A stretch of 43,033 bases of DNA from contig CAMVAB010000002.1 of assembly GCA_947165335.1 (NCBI GenBank), positions 1 through 43,033 of the forward strand, in the 5' to 3' direction. Below the pieces are notes generated by a model, which had not been told where the DNA came from, ran no database searches, and saw nothing but the letters and a program-made list of their open reading frames with translations. Of the stretch, positions 1 through 8,921 are shown piece after piece. Source of the stretch: an uncultured Pseudomonadota bacterium. Lineage in GTDB: Bacteria; Pseudomonadota; Alphaproteobacteria; Rs-D84. Made by a program: the position numbers and the translations under genes. Numbering within the stretch: the first letter of the stretch is position 1; the number at the start of each line of letters is the position of its first letter.

Positions 1-2
1 TC

Positions 3-185
3 GTATCTGCACTGCATACATTTGATTTACCAATAACTGCGACATGGCGTGAAGTCGGTACAAAATATAGGGCACTTGCAAAAAAATATCACCCTGATAC
101 AGCAAAAAACAAAGACACATCAACCGCCGAATTTACGCGTATAACAACCGCATACGAAACATTAAAAAAGTATTTTAAAAAATAA
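3..185 (+). CDS. J-domain (DnaJ-like) protein, C-terminal end; 5' part lies outside the window
   Basis: Frame 3 is open from the window edge to TAA at 183-185. The translation ...WREVGTKYRALAKKYHPDTAKNKDTSTAEFTRITTAYETLKKYFKK carries the HPD tripeptide and the flanking helix pattern of J domains. Confidence 0.6.
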   Translation, partial: VSALHTFDLPITATWREVGTKYRALAKKYHPDTAKNKDTSTAEFTRITTAYETLKKYFKK

Positions 186-296
186 TTAACTACAAAATTT
201 TTCACAAAAAATTTTGTGTCATTATGAGAAACAAAATTAGCAACCAAGTTCACTGTTGTTAATTTTGTGACGTGATAATCCAGTATATCTTTATGT

Positions 297-622
297 GTCG
301 GCTTTGCCGACTACTTATTTAGTTCCCCGCCTTGGGCGGGGCGAAGTCTCGGCGTAGCAAAGCGGAGACGGATGGATTGTGGCGTCAGTCACAAGACGGG
401 GAGGGTTGAATTTTTTTACGAACTTTCTTCGCAAATCAACCTCTCGTTGCACCCTCCCCACCCTGCGGGTCCCCCCCGCCTCGGGCGGGGAATACAAGCA
501 AGGTTTTGGAAACGAAGTGCACCGAAACCGTTGCGGTATACGCGCAGACACAACGTGTCGAGCGAACCTTGCTCTCTGGAAACCGATGATAAAAAAACAC
601 CGGTAGGAACCGGTGTTTTTTT
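297..622. ncRNA. Candidate structured non-coding RNA / GC-rich element of unknown class
   Basis: Visibly GC-rich in an AT-rich window. The six overlapping ORFs tracked here show no protein-like signal. Hairpins are dense: GTCGGC-ttt-GCCGAC 297-311; CCCCGCC-ttg-GGCGGGG 325-341 and its near copy 474-490; GGGGAGGGT 398-406 pairs with ACCCTCCCC 451-459, enclosing GAGGGTTGA 401-409 / TCAACCTC 436-443; long-range AAGCAAGGTT 496-505 pairs with AACCTTGCT 565-573. It ends at an intrinsic terminator (591-622). Strand is not resolved. Confidence 0.3.
591..622. terminator. Bidirectional rho-independent terminator (CACCGG-loop-CCGGTG family)
   Basis: A7-ACACCGG-taggaa-CCGGTGT-T7. It lies between the GC-rich element and the 3' end of the convergent CDS 658..1416. 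Confidence 0.7.
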
Positions 623-657
623 GTGATCCGCTTTCGCTGCCGCTGCAGCGAGATTGT

Positions 658-1416
658 TTATTGTGGATTTGCATACAAGCCGACGCGAAGCGTTCCGTAG
701 GTCCGGGCGGCGTTGCCACAGCCGTACGTGCAATCCGACGCACAATTCGCGGCCGTCACGTTGCCGTTGTAGAACGCCCAAAGCGACGCCACGGGTGATA
801 AATAACTGCCATCTTTTTCGGCATCATATCCCGTCACTTTACACCAACAATATGATCCGGTATTTCCTATTGGTTCACCATTTTGTCCCTGACTATATGA
901 AGAACCAACCGGACTGCATCTTGCCATCCCCTTTATTGTTCCATAACTAAATTCTGCTGCCCATTCGCCGTTGTTGGTCAGGTTATAAGCATCTGGTGTT
1001 TTCCTTCTGGTACCACTAACTGTACTTCCTGTGCCATCAAATTTTATAAATGCATATCCTGTACCGTTTGGTGATGATGCATATTGTGACAATGTTGTTA
1101 TATCAAAGCCCATCGATTTTACCCTCCATCCGCCGAATGTATATCCGGTTTTATTCATTGTATTTGTTGGTAATGTTATCACACTGTCGTATGTACATGT
1201 GTTCGCTGTATTATTTGTTGGTGTGATTTTTGTATTATCGCTGTACCAATTAATGTTTATGGTATTTGCATCCCATGTTGCGCGTAATGTTGCCGGGCCG
1301 GTATCTGTCCCCAATATTGGTTCATTACATTCGTTCCCAGAACCGCTTACAGTTGTTGAATATGATGGCACCGCCATACATATTGCAAGAGCTGATGTTA
1401 ATAGTATTTTTTTCAT
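658..1416 (-). CDS. Secreted protein with a Listeria-Bacteroides-type repeat (Flg_new-like) and a Cys-rich, GC3-rich C-terminal tail
   Basis: Strong RBS (AGGAAGGAAG) before the ATG at 1416. N-terminal signal peptide MKKILLTSALAICMAVPSYS. ITLPTNTMNKTGYTFGGWRV matches the 'tGYtFgGW' repeat signature. The last ~45 codons (658-~795) switch to G/C at most third positions. Confidence 0.6.
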   Translation of the reverse strand: MKKILLTSALAICMAVPSYSTTVSGSGNECNEPILGTDTGPATLRATWDANTININWYSDNTKITPTNNTANTCTYDSVITLPTNTMNKTGYTFGGWRVKSMGFDITTLSQYASSPNGTGYAFIKFDGTGSTVSGTRRKTPDAYNLTNNGEWAAEFSYGTIKGMARCSPVGSSYSQGQNGEPIGNTGSYCWCKVTGYDAEKDGSYLSPVASLWAFYNGNVTAANCASDCTYGCGNAARTYGTLRVGLYANPQ

Positions 1417-1469
1417 ATCTTCCTTCCTTTTTCATATGTTATTGGTTTTTATACCAAAACACAATTAAA

Positions 1470-1579
1470 AACCACCATATTATCATAAGGTGGTTGGAGG
1501 TTCAGAACAATTTGAACAGAAATTGTACGCTTATTCATATATATCGCGTTCCTCCAACCATTGTTGGAGGCGTTTTTCG
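1470..1579. promoter_or_regulatory. Attenuator-like set of mutually exclusive helices / small RNA candidate
   Basis: AACCACC 1470-1476 pairs with GGTGGTT 1489-1495. GGTTGGAGG 1492-1500 pairs with CCTCCAACC 1551-1559. CCTCCAAC 1551-1558 alternatively pairs with GTTGGAGG 1563-1570, followed by CGTTTTTCG (terminator on +). Read on the minus strand, the 1470-1495 hairpin is followed by TTTAATTGTGTTTT, upstream of the CDS starting at 1416. Confidence 0.3.
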
Positions 1580-1756
1580 TCTGCTTTAAGACGCTGTTCA
1601 ACTGGGTTCTGACACCCCATCAGTAAAACTCTTACCGACATGTTTATTTTATCAAAAAATACCTGTTTGTTTCAACACAAAAAATATACTTTATTTTATG
1701 TTTGCGTGTTTAACTTTTTATGCTATGCTTTTGCAAAGCGAACAATAGGAAGAAAT

Positions 1757-2653
1757 ATGTATGATGTAATTATTTTGGGTTCGGGGCCTGCGGGATTAAC
1801 TGCCGCAATATATACTGGACGCGCAAACAAAAAAACTGTCGTTTTGGCTGGTTCCGCACTTGGTGGACAAACCGGCGAAATTGCAAAACTTGAAAATTAT
1901 CCTGGATGGGCCGGTTCTGGTATGGAACTGATTCAATTCATGAAAAAGCAAGCGGAAAGTTTTGGTGCAAAAATCGAATTCGCATCTGCAACTGATATCA
2001 AATTTAACGACGATAATACATATACTGTTATTTGCGATAACGGGAAAAATTTGGATACGAAAACTGTTATACTTGCAACTGGTGCCAAAGCACGCAGATT
2101 AGAAATCGAAGGCGCGCGTGAATTCTTTGGTCATGGTGTTTCATATTGCGCAACATGCGATGGTTTCTTTTATTCTGGTCGCGATGTATTGGTTTATGGT
2201 GGTGGCAACGCCGCATTAAACGACGCGCTTTATTTATCAGATATTGCAAAATCAGTGACTATCGTTTATCGCAAATCTGAATTCTTCCGTGCAGAAGGTA
2301 TCCTGCGTGATCGTGTTGCTGAAAAAGAAAATATTAAATGTATGTATAACACTGAATTAAAATCTATTGCCCAAAAAGACGGCAATGATAAACTGATTGT
2401 TACAACCACGGACGATCGCGAAATTGAAACGGATGGAATCTTTGTTGCTATTGGTCACGAAGCCAACACAGATTATTTATCTGAAAACATTAAACGCGAC
2501 GATATGGGACGACTTGATCCGTCATCTTTGCCAGCAGGAATGTTTGTTGCAGGTGATGTCGAAAGCAATATTAAAATGCAAATTGCAACTGCTGTTGGCA
2601 CTGGTTGCACAGCGGGCATGAATGCAATCGCTTATTTGAATTCAAAGGAATAA
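1757..2653 (+). CDS. trxB: Thioredoxin-disulfide reductase
   Basis: ATG 1757 preceded by AGGAAG. MYDVIILGSGPAGLTAAIY is an FAD GxGxxG motif, the redox-active site is YCATCDGFF, and a second dinucleotide motif is VYGGGNAALNDA. The 39 upstream codons of tracked ORF 1640.. look non-coding. Confidence 0.9.
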   Translation: MYDVIILGSGPAGLTAAIYTGRANKKTVVLAGSALGGQTGEIAKLENYPGWAGSGMELIQFMKKQAESFGAKIEFASATDIKFNDDNTYTVICDNGKNLDTKTVILATGAKARRLEIEGAREFFGHGVSYCATCDGFFYSGRDVLVYGGGNAALNDALYLSDIAKSVTIVYRKSEFFRAEGILRDRVAEKENIKCMYNTELKSIAQKDGNDKLIVTTTDDREIETDGIFVAIGHEANTDYLSENIKRDDMGRLDPSSLPAGMFVAGDVESNIKMQIATAVGTGCTAGMNAIAYLNSKE

Positions 2654-2691
2654 ATATATGGGCGGCCGAACAAAGATTGGTGGCAAACATT

Positions 2692-2722
2692 AAAAAACAC
2701 CGGCAAATGCCGGTATTTTTTT
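2692..2722. terminator. Bidirectional rho-independent terminator (CACCGGCAAATGCCGG core)
   Basis: A6-CACCGGCAAATGCCGGTA-T7 between convergent trxB and CDS 2721..3260. Confidence 0.75.
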
Positions 2723-3260
2723 ATCTTTCGTTCTTATAAGCATCTACTGCAAATACAGATGCAGGTGCAAAATCTTTTATGGCCGCAATAAAATTATTTG
2801 CATTCCATAATTGAACCACTTTGTTTATTTTAATAATTTCTTCTGCATCTAAATCAAAAACCAAAGAATTACCATAATAAAGCCAAACACCATCATTATT
2901 GTCTTTACCATGTTTTACGTGGTGGGCGATTTTTTCACCTAAACGTACTAATAAATTATTACCAGTTTTGTCATATGGCATATCTAATATAGGATCAAGT
3001 TTATTATATAAATCGCCATCCGCATAAACAAGATCTTTACCAGAATACAAATATTTCTTTGGTTCTTGTGCAATTTTCAACAGAAATTCATATGCGTGTT
3101 TTGCTTTTGTGTGTTCTTGAATTGCATCGCTACGATCTTTTTGTGTTGGGAAATATTGTTTTTGAAGACGTTTGTGTTCTTTCTGTAAAACCGTATAGCA
3201 CCATTGTGCATATCCGGTTAATAATTTCTTTATTGTTTCATCTATATTTTTTGGTGCCAT
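2721..3260 (-). CDS. Hypothetical protein (179 aa), no recognisable domain
   Basis: Uninterrupted ORF with window-typical composition. GGAG lies 6-9 nt upstream of the ATG on the minus strand. No motif recognised. Confidence 0.5.
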   Translation of the reverse strand: MAPKNIDETIKKLLTGYAQWCYTVLQKEHKRLQKQYFPTQKDRSDAIQEHTKAKHAYEFLLKIAQEPKKYLYSGKDLVYADGDLYNKLDPILDMPYDKTGNNLLVRLGEKIAHHVKHGKDNNDGVWLYYGNSLVFDLDAEEIIKINKVVQLWNANNFIAAIKDFAPASVFAVDAYKNER

Positions 3261-3320
3261 AAAAAACTCCTCATTTACCCTAGCAATTGTACCATAAAAA
3301 CACGTAAAAATATATATAAT

Positions 3321-3349
3321 TTGTTGAAATTAGAAAAATATAGTATAAT
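3321..3349 (+). promoter_or_regulatory. Sigma-70-like promoter upstream of typA
   Basis: TTGTTG (3321-3326), a 17-nt spacer, then TATAAT (3344-3349), about 30 nt before the typA start. Confidence 0.4.
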
Positions 3350-3381
3350 ATATCCACTTGCGAAAAACAAAGAAGAATCAA

Positions 3382-5226
3382 ATGAAAATACGAAATATTG
3401 CTATCATAGCTCACGTTGACCATGGTAAAACAACCTTGGTTGATAATATGTTGAAACAGGCCGGAACATTCCGCGAAAATGAACATGTTGAAGATCGCGT
3501 CATGGACAGTGGCGATATTGAACGCGAACGCGGTATCACAATATCTGCAAAACCTACATCTATTCAGTGGGGTGAATATAAAATTAACATTGTGGACACA
3601 CCGGGACACGCTGACTTTGGTGGCGAAGTAGAACGTATTTTATCTATGGTTGATGGTGTAGTTTTGTTGGTCGACAGTGCCGAAGGTCCCCTGCCACAAA
3701 CAAAATTTGTGTTATCCAAGGCATTAAAATTAAACCTTCGTCCTATAGTTTGCATAAACAAAATAGATCGCTCTGACGCACGTCCAGACGAAGTTTTAAC
3801 AGAAACATTTGATTTGTTCGACAAACTTGGCGCAACAGATTCCCAACTTGATTTCCCTTACCTTTATGCTTGCGGAAGAGATGGTTGGGCAATTCGTGAT
3901 TTGAAAGATATCGATAATCCAAACAAAGATTTAACACCATTATTCCAACTGATTGTTGATCATGTTCCTGCACCTGATTGTAATGGCAACCGATGCCAAT
4001 TGGATGCACCTTTCAAAATGTTGGCTACTACATTGGAAGCAGATCCATACGTTGGTCGAATACTCACTGGTAAAATTGAATCAGGAACCGTTCGTGTTGG
4101 CCAAAGTGTGAAAGCTATCAATATGGCTGGCGAATTTATTGAAAATGCAAAAATAACAAAAATTATTGAACACCAGGGTGTAAACAAAGTTTCCCGCGAA
4201 AGCGCATCCGCTGGGGACATTGTTGTTGTTGCTGGTTTTTCAAAAGCTACTGTGGCGGATACACTCTGTGACCCATCTGTTACCGAACCAATCCCTGCTA
4301 TGCCAATTGACCCACCAACATTGACTATGACTTTCTTTGTTAATACATCACCATTGGCTGGACAAAGTGGTAAGAAATTGACTTCCCGTATGATTGGTGA
4401 AAGATTGTTCCGCGAAGCTGAAACAAACATTGCTTTAAAGGTAACACAAAGTACAAACAACGAAGCATTCGAAGTTTCTGGTCGCGGTGAATTACAACTC
4501 GGTATTTTAATTGAAACAATGCGCCGCGAAGGATTCGAATTATCCGTATCTCGTCCTCGCGTTGTTATGAGAACAGATGAAAATGGCGAAAAGTTAGAAC
4601 CAATCGAAGAGGTTGTTATTGACGTGGACGATGAATTCAGTGGTGTTGTTATTGAAAAAATGACAAAGCGCAAAGCAACTATTACCGAAATGAAACCATC
4701 AGGCGTTGGGAAAACACGTATTGTATTTTCGGCACCATCACGTGGTTTGATTGGTTATTTGTCTGAATTCAGAACAGATACTCGTGGTACTGGTATTATG
4801 AACCGCGTATTTGATAAATATGATTTATATCGTGGTCCAATTACACAATATCGCCCTGGGGTTTTGGTTTCTATGGAAGCGGGCCAAACAACAACATATG
4901 CTCTGCATAATTTGGAACCCCGCGGTGTTCTTTTTGTCGGCCCACAAACAGAAGTTTATTCGGGGATGATTGTCGGCGAACATAGTAAAGAAAACGATAT
5001 TGAAGTAAACCCGGTTCGTGGTAAACAATTAACAAACGTTCGCAGCGTTACTGCGGACGAAAAGTTGTTCTTGGCTCCTCCTCGTAAAATGTCATTGGAA
5101 GAAGCATTGTCTTATATCCAAGATGACGAATTAGTAGAAGTAACCCCAGCAACAATTCGTTTGCGCAAAAAAGAATTAGACAGCGGTAAACGTAAAAAAG
5201 CATATCGTTTTGCTGAAACCGATTAA
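3382..5226 (+). CDS. typA: Translational GTPase TypA/BipA
   Basis: MKIRNIAIIAHVDHGKTTLVDNML (G1), DTPGHADFGGEV (G3), NKIDR (G4). Length is about 614 aa. The TypA-style N-terminus and C-terminal region ...LRKKELD... are present. The tracked ORF begins at TTG 3358, but ATG 3382 fits the family N-terminus. Confidence 0.9.
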   Translation: MKIRNIAIIAHVDHGKTTLVDNMLKQAGTFRENEHVEDRVMDSGDIERERGITISAKPTSIQWGEYKINIVDTPGHADFGGEVERILSMVDGVVLLVDSAEGPLPQTKFVLSKALKLNLRPIVCINKIDRSDARPDEVLTETFDLFDKLGATDSQLDFPYLYACGRDGWAIRDLKDIDNPNKDLTPLFQLIVDHVPAPDCNGNRCQLDAPFKMLATTLEADPYVGRILTGKIESGTVRVGQSVKAINMAGEFIENAKITKIIEHQGVNKVSRESASAGDIVVVAGFSKATVADTLCDPSVTEPIPAMPIDPPTLTMTFFVNTSPLAGQSGKKLTSRMIGERLFREAETNIALKVTQSTNNEAFEVSGRGELQLGILIETMRREGFELSVSRPRVVMRTDENGEKLEPIEEVVIDVDDEFSGVVIEKMTKRKATITEMKPSGVGKTRIVFSAPSRGLIGYLSEFRTDTRGTGIMNRVFDKYDLYRGPITQYRPGVLVSMEAGQTTTYALHNLEPRGVLFVGPQTEVYSGMIVGEHSKENDIEVNPVRGKQLTNVRSVTADEKLFLAPPRKMSLEEALSYIQDDELVEVTPATIRLRKKELDSGKRKKAYRFAETD

Positions 5227-5256
5227 ACAAACCCGCCAAAACGGCGGTTTTGTTTT
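5227..5256 (+). terminator. Rho-independent terminator after typA
   Basis: AAACCCGCC-aaaac-GGCGGTTTTGTTTT immediately after the TAA. Confidence 0.6.
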
Positions 5257-5307
5257 ATATTGTTTTATTCCTATGAAATCATTATAATTAAAGAAAGGCG
5301 AAACAAT

Positions 5308-6231
5308 ATGTTGTTATCATTATTATCAAAGATATATAAAAACCACGAAAAAATTTTTATTGCTTTATTAACTACTTTTGTGTTTTCGCATTCTTGGCGA
5401 ACAAGAATAAAAATGGTATTATCTGCCCCCGAAGGTCCAAATGAATTTCTTAAAAAATCTCGTGAATTAAAAAAACAATTTAATCCAAACACAAAACATT
5501 TTATTTCTGTTGTATCAATAATGAAAAACGAAGGTCCATATTTAAAAGAATAGATCGAATACTACCGAATAATAGGTATAGAAAAATTTTATTTATATGA
5601 TAACGAATCCAGTGATAACACAAAAAAGATTTTAGAACCTTACATTAAACAAGGAATTGTGGAATATATTTATATGCCAGGAGAAAAAATGCAACTATCC
5701 GCTTACGAACATTTTTTAACACACTATGCAAAAGAAACTCTTTGGGCTGCTATCATAGACCTTGATGAATACATAGTGATAAAGAAAAAAACTTTGCATG
5801 AATTTCTCGATAAACACAAAAACGCATCTCAGATATTAGTTCCATGGGTGTTTTTTGGTTCCAATGGACACGTCAAAAAACCAAAAGGTTTAATGATAGA
5901 AAACTATACAAAACGAGCAAAGAAACAACGTTTATACAAAGGCATTATAAAACCCCAATTAACAATGCAAATTCTTGTCCATAGACATATAGTTGCGGGG
6001 AAAACCTTGTTTCCAAAAATGAACGAAATAATGGTAAATCATTATTATTGTAAATCATTTGAAGAATATAAAAAACGCACAACACGTGGCGACGCTCTGC
6101 ATGGTAAAAAATTTGCGAAACAAACTTTTAACGAAGCAAATTTTCATAAATTTGATATAAACGACAAAGAAGATACATTTATATTAAGATATGTTGATGA
6201 AATAAAAAACCGATTAAAACGGAGCAAATAA
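5308..6231 (+). pseudogene. Glycosyltransferase (GT92 / Glyco_tranf_2_4-like) interrupted by one in-frame TAG
   Basis: ORFs 5260..5553 and 5659..6231 are in the same frame and are separated only by TAG at 5551-5553. ...MKNEGPYLKE*IEYYRIIGIEKFYLYDNESSDNT aligns with the downstream paralog ...MKNEGPYLKEWLDFHIIVGITKFYLYDNDSTDNT, so the stop replaces a Trp codon (TGG->TAG). Confidence 0.7.
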
Positions 6232-6232
6232 T

Positions 6233-7174
6233 ATGGCTTTACCTGTGATATCTAAAAAAAGAATATTTTTATCAAAACTTTTAACTTTTTGGATACCCGT
6301 AAAAAGTTATCGTCGTGCATTTCGTGGTATAATACAATTTGGAATAAAAAAATATTTCAATGTTTTAAAACAAGATAAAAATACAAAATTTGAAAACGAA
6401 ATTGCTATTGGCGCAATTATGAAAAACGAAGGTCCATATTTAAAAGAATGGCTAGATTTTCACATTATTGTCGGAATTACAAAATTCTATCTTTATGACA
6501 ATGATTCAACAGATAATACAAAAGAAGTTTTAAAACCTTATATAAAGAAAGGCATCGTAGAATACAATTATTGGCCTGGGCGCGCCATGCAAATGCCGGC
6601 ATATCATGATATTTTAAACAAACATTCAAATGACACTCGTTGGCTTGCCCTGATAGATTTAGATGAATTTTTGGTTCCTGTTGAACATGACACTATCCCA
6701 GAATTTTTACACACCCTGCCAGATGGTTTTGCACAATTGGTTATAACCTGGGTCATATATGGATCTTCTGGACACGTTCATAAACCAAAGGGTTTGGTTA
6801 TGGAAAACTTTAAACATCATGCAGCAAAAACTTGGGGTGTAAAATCTATTATAAATCCGCGTTTATTAGTTGGATATCGTAATTTACATGCCAATTTCAT
6901 TGCTGGTTGGACTATTGATAACAACGGAAAAAAACTTGGGTATATAAATCAAAGCAAAAACCCACCAGCATATAACAAATGCAGAATAAATCATTATTAT
7001 ACAAAATCTTATGATGAATATATTGCAAGATTAAATCGTGGGTCCGCAACAACAGAATCTACACAAAGTTATAGAAACGCAGAAAAATTTAAAGAATATG
7101 ACAGAAATGAAGTGTATGATGATGTTACAGACAGATTCATAGAAAAACTACATGAGATGGAGAATAAAAAATAA
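6233..7174 (+). CDS. Glycosyltransferase (GT92 / Glyco_tranf_2_4-like), intact tandem paralog
   Basis: MKNEGPYLKEW, FYLYDNDSTDNT and LIDLDEFLV (DxD) motifs. It starts 2 nt after the upstream stop. Confidence 0.7.
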   Translation: MALPVISKKRIFLSKLLTFWIPVKSYRRAFRGIIQFGIKKYFNVLKQDKNTKFENEIAIGAIMKNEGPYLKEWLDFHIIVGITKFYLYDNDSTDNTKEVLKPYIKKGIVEYNYWPGRAMQMPAYHDILNKHSNDTRWLALIDLDEFLVPVEHDTIPEFLHTLPDGFAQLVITWVIYGSSGHVHKPKGLVMENFKHHAAKTWGVKSIINPRLLVGYRNLHANFIAGWTIDNNGKKLGYINQSKNPPAYNKCRINHYYTKSYDEYIARLNRGSATTESTQSYRNAEKFKEYDRNEVYDDVTDRFIEKLHEMENKK

Positions 7175-7236
7175 TACTGTTTTAGTATATTGAAAAAATA
7201 TATTAAAAATTGTATATTAAAGACAAAGAGATATTT

Positions 7237-8088
7237 ATGTCTGAACCTAGACGGTTATTTTTATTTGCAGGATACGATAAAGACGGCATTATTGACGATG
7301 CGTTAAATTATTATGTGCGCACGCTTTCAAAATACGGCGACGTAATTGTATGTATGGATTGCGACATGACGGAATCCGAAACCGACAAATTAAAGCCATA
7401 TACAATCGCAACTATGGCTAAAAGGCATTGCGAATATGATTTTGGATCATATAAACGTTGCTTTCAATACGCTAAAGAACACCACATATTAAAAAATTAC
7501 GACATATTATATATGGTAAATGATTCTGTATTTGGTCCAATGTTTGATATATCAAAGACATTAAAAAAAATAGAAAAAAAACAGACCGATGCATGTGGTC
7601 TTATCGTTTCAACACACAAAACACACGAATATATGGAATCTTGGTTTGTGCGTCTTAATAAAACTATATTTATGTCAGATTGGTTTGATACTTTTATCTG
7701 TTCTGTAAAACAAGAACAAGCAAAAACCGCAGTTACAATAAAATATGAACACGGTTTAACCAATATCATAGCACAACATAATTATTCATGGTCTGGTGCA
7801 TACACTATCCATGGGCGCGAAACCTATAACCGACCAAAATATCTTTTTAAACATGGATGTCCTTTTATTAAAAAACTATCTTTCACGCGTCACAATGGTG
7901 CACTTGGTCGTCAAATTAAATTTATATTAAAGCACAGCGACAAAACAGCGGCTAAACATGTAATAAACAGCGCCACACGTCTTTACGGCAAAGAATATAT
8001 GAATTGGTTTTTAACATCTAATCCTTTAAAAATATTTTGGCGTAATATTACATATGCTATAAAAAAAATAAAAAATGGACAAATATGA
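7237..8088 (+). CDS. Rhamnan synthesis F (RgpF)-family polysaccharide biosynthesis protein
   Basis: LFLFAGYDKDGIIDDALNYYVRTL, HCEYDFGSYKRCF and NDSVFGPMF match the recurrent signatures of RgpF-family proteins. ATG 7237 is preferred over the TTG at 7210. Confidence 0.65.
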   Translation: MSEPRRLFLFAGYDKDGIIDDALNYYVRTLSKYGDVIVCMDCDMTESETDKLKPYTIATMAKRHCEYDFGSYKRCFQYAKEHHILKNYDILYMVNDSVFGPMFDISKTLKKIEKKQTDACGLIVSTHKTHEYMESWFVRLNKTIFMSDWFDTFICSVKQEQAKTAVTIKYEHGLTNIIAQHNYSWSGAYTIHGRETYNRPKYLFKHGCPFIKKLSFTRHNGALGRQIKFILKHSDKTAAKHVINSATRLYGKEYMNWFLTSNPLKIFWRNITYAIKKIKNGQI

Positions 8089-8921
8089 AAAAACTAAAAA
8101 GAATCTGTGCAATAACAATGTGTCGCGATGATGAATTTTTCTTATCGCGCTGGATTGCTTATTACGGAAAACAATTTGGCACTGAAAACTTATATGTATT
8201 ACTAGATGGAACCGATCAAAAAATTCCTGAAAATACAGGGTTGGCACATATAACAAAATTACCGCATGAACAATTATCACGTGCGATGGGTGACAGATAT
8301 AGAATAAATAAATTATCAGAACTTGCACACGAATTATTAAAAAAATATGATATTGTAATTGGCTGTGATGTGGATGAATTTTTAATTGTTGATCCAAAAA
8401 CAAAAAAAACATTGGCACAATATTTATCAAATAAAAAAATTCATACCACCCTTTCAGGTCTTGGTTTAGATATCGGACAACATTTGTATAACGAAGCCAT
8501 TTTAGACAAAGATGCACCTTTTCTTGAACAACGCGAATACGCGCTACTTTCTACACGTTATACAAAACCAGTGGTTATAAATAAACCAGTAAAATGGGGC
8601 AGCGGTTTTCACAGCATTCGTCATCATAATTTTCACATAGATAAAAATTTATATCTGCTTCATTTTGGTGCAATCGATATGAATATGTTGGAAGAAAAAG
8701 CGCAAAAACGCGGCAGTGATTGGTTAAAACATTTAAAAAGACGTGGCAACGGAACAATTAATACAGTAACCAAATCAAAGGCGAAATCTGAAAAATGGCT
8801 GTCTATTGCACGTTTTTTACAAACATATATTCGACCAATATATGCACTAAGGAAACCTGCTATGCTGGGATTGAGAATTGTTGTAAAAATTCCGATACGA
8901 TTTAAGAAATCAGGGATATAA
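8085..8921 (+). CDS. Glycosyltransferase family 2-like protein
   Basis: ATGA start/stop overlap with the upstream gene. ICAITMCRDDEFFLSRWIAYY, LDGTDQ and CDVDEFLIV (DxD) motifs. Confidence 0.6.
   Translation: MKKLKRICAITMCRDDEFFLSRWIAYYGKQFGTENLYVLLDGTDQKIPENTGLAHITKLPHEQLSRAMGDRYRINKLSELAHELLKKYDIVIGCDVDEFLIVDPKTKKTLAQYLSNKKIHTTLSGLGLDIGQHLYNEAILDKDAPFLEQREYALLSTRYTKPVVINKPVKWGSGFHSIRHHNFHIDKNLYLLHFGAIDMNMLEEKAQKRGSDWLKHLKRRGNGTINTVTKSKAKSEKWLSIARFLQTYIRPIYALRKPAMLGLRIVVKIPIRFKKSGI

Noticed and set aside
297-622. Possibility that the GC-rich element is tmRNA (including the two-piece alphaproteobacterial form), RNase P RNA, SRP RNA or a cobalamin riboswitch.
   Set aside because: Neither strand has a GGTTCGA-type T-arm next to an acceptor/CCA end. 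No tag-like reading frame ends in ..AA-stop. The RNase P blocks GGAAAGUCCGGGC and ACAGAAnCCGGCUUA, the SRP motif AGGUCAGGUCCGGAAGGAAGCAGCC and a B12 box are all absent. A covariance-model search is still needed to be sure.
315-798. Six overlapping ORFs (61-142 aa, both strands) tracked across the GC-rich region.
   Set aside because: They overlap one another in several frames. Their products are Arg/Pro/Gly-rich and low in complexity, as expected from GC-rich non-coding DNA. None has an RBS or domain signature, and the region is better explained by RNA-like hairpins.
1640-1756. N-terminal extensions of tracked ORFs: trxB 1640-1756, Zn-ribbon fusion 31742-31981, ligase 1 21123-21158, rsmI 29014-29076.
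   Set aside because: The extensions lack homology to the protein families, cover promoter or repeat sequence, and internal ATGs align with family or paralog N-termini.
3960-4673. Long antisense ORFs inside well-supported genes, for example 3960..4673 (-) in typA, 8026..8517 (-) across the GT genes, 26180..26569 and 26780..27259 (+) in addB, and 35931..36437 (+) in lolC/E.
   Set aside because: These are shadow ORFs opposite strongly supported CDSs. Their products are low in complexity and lack RBSs and motifs.
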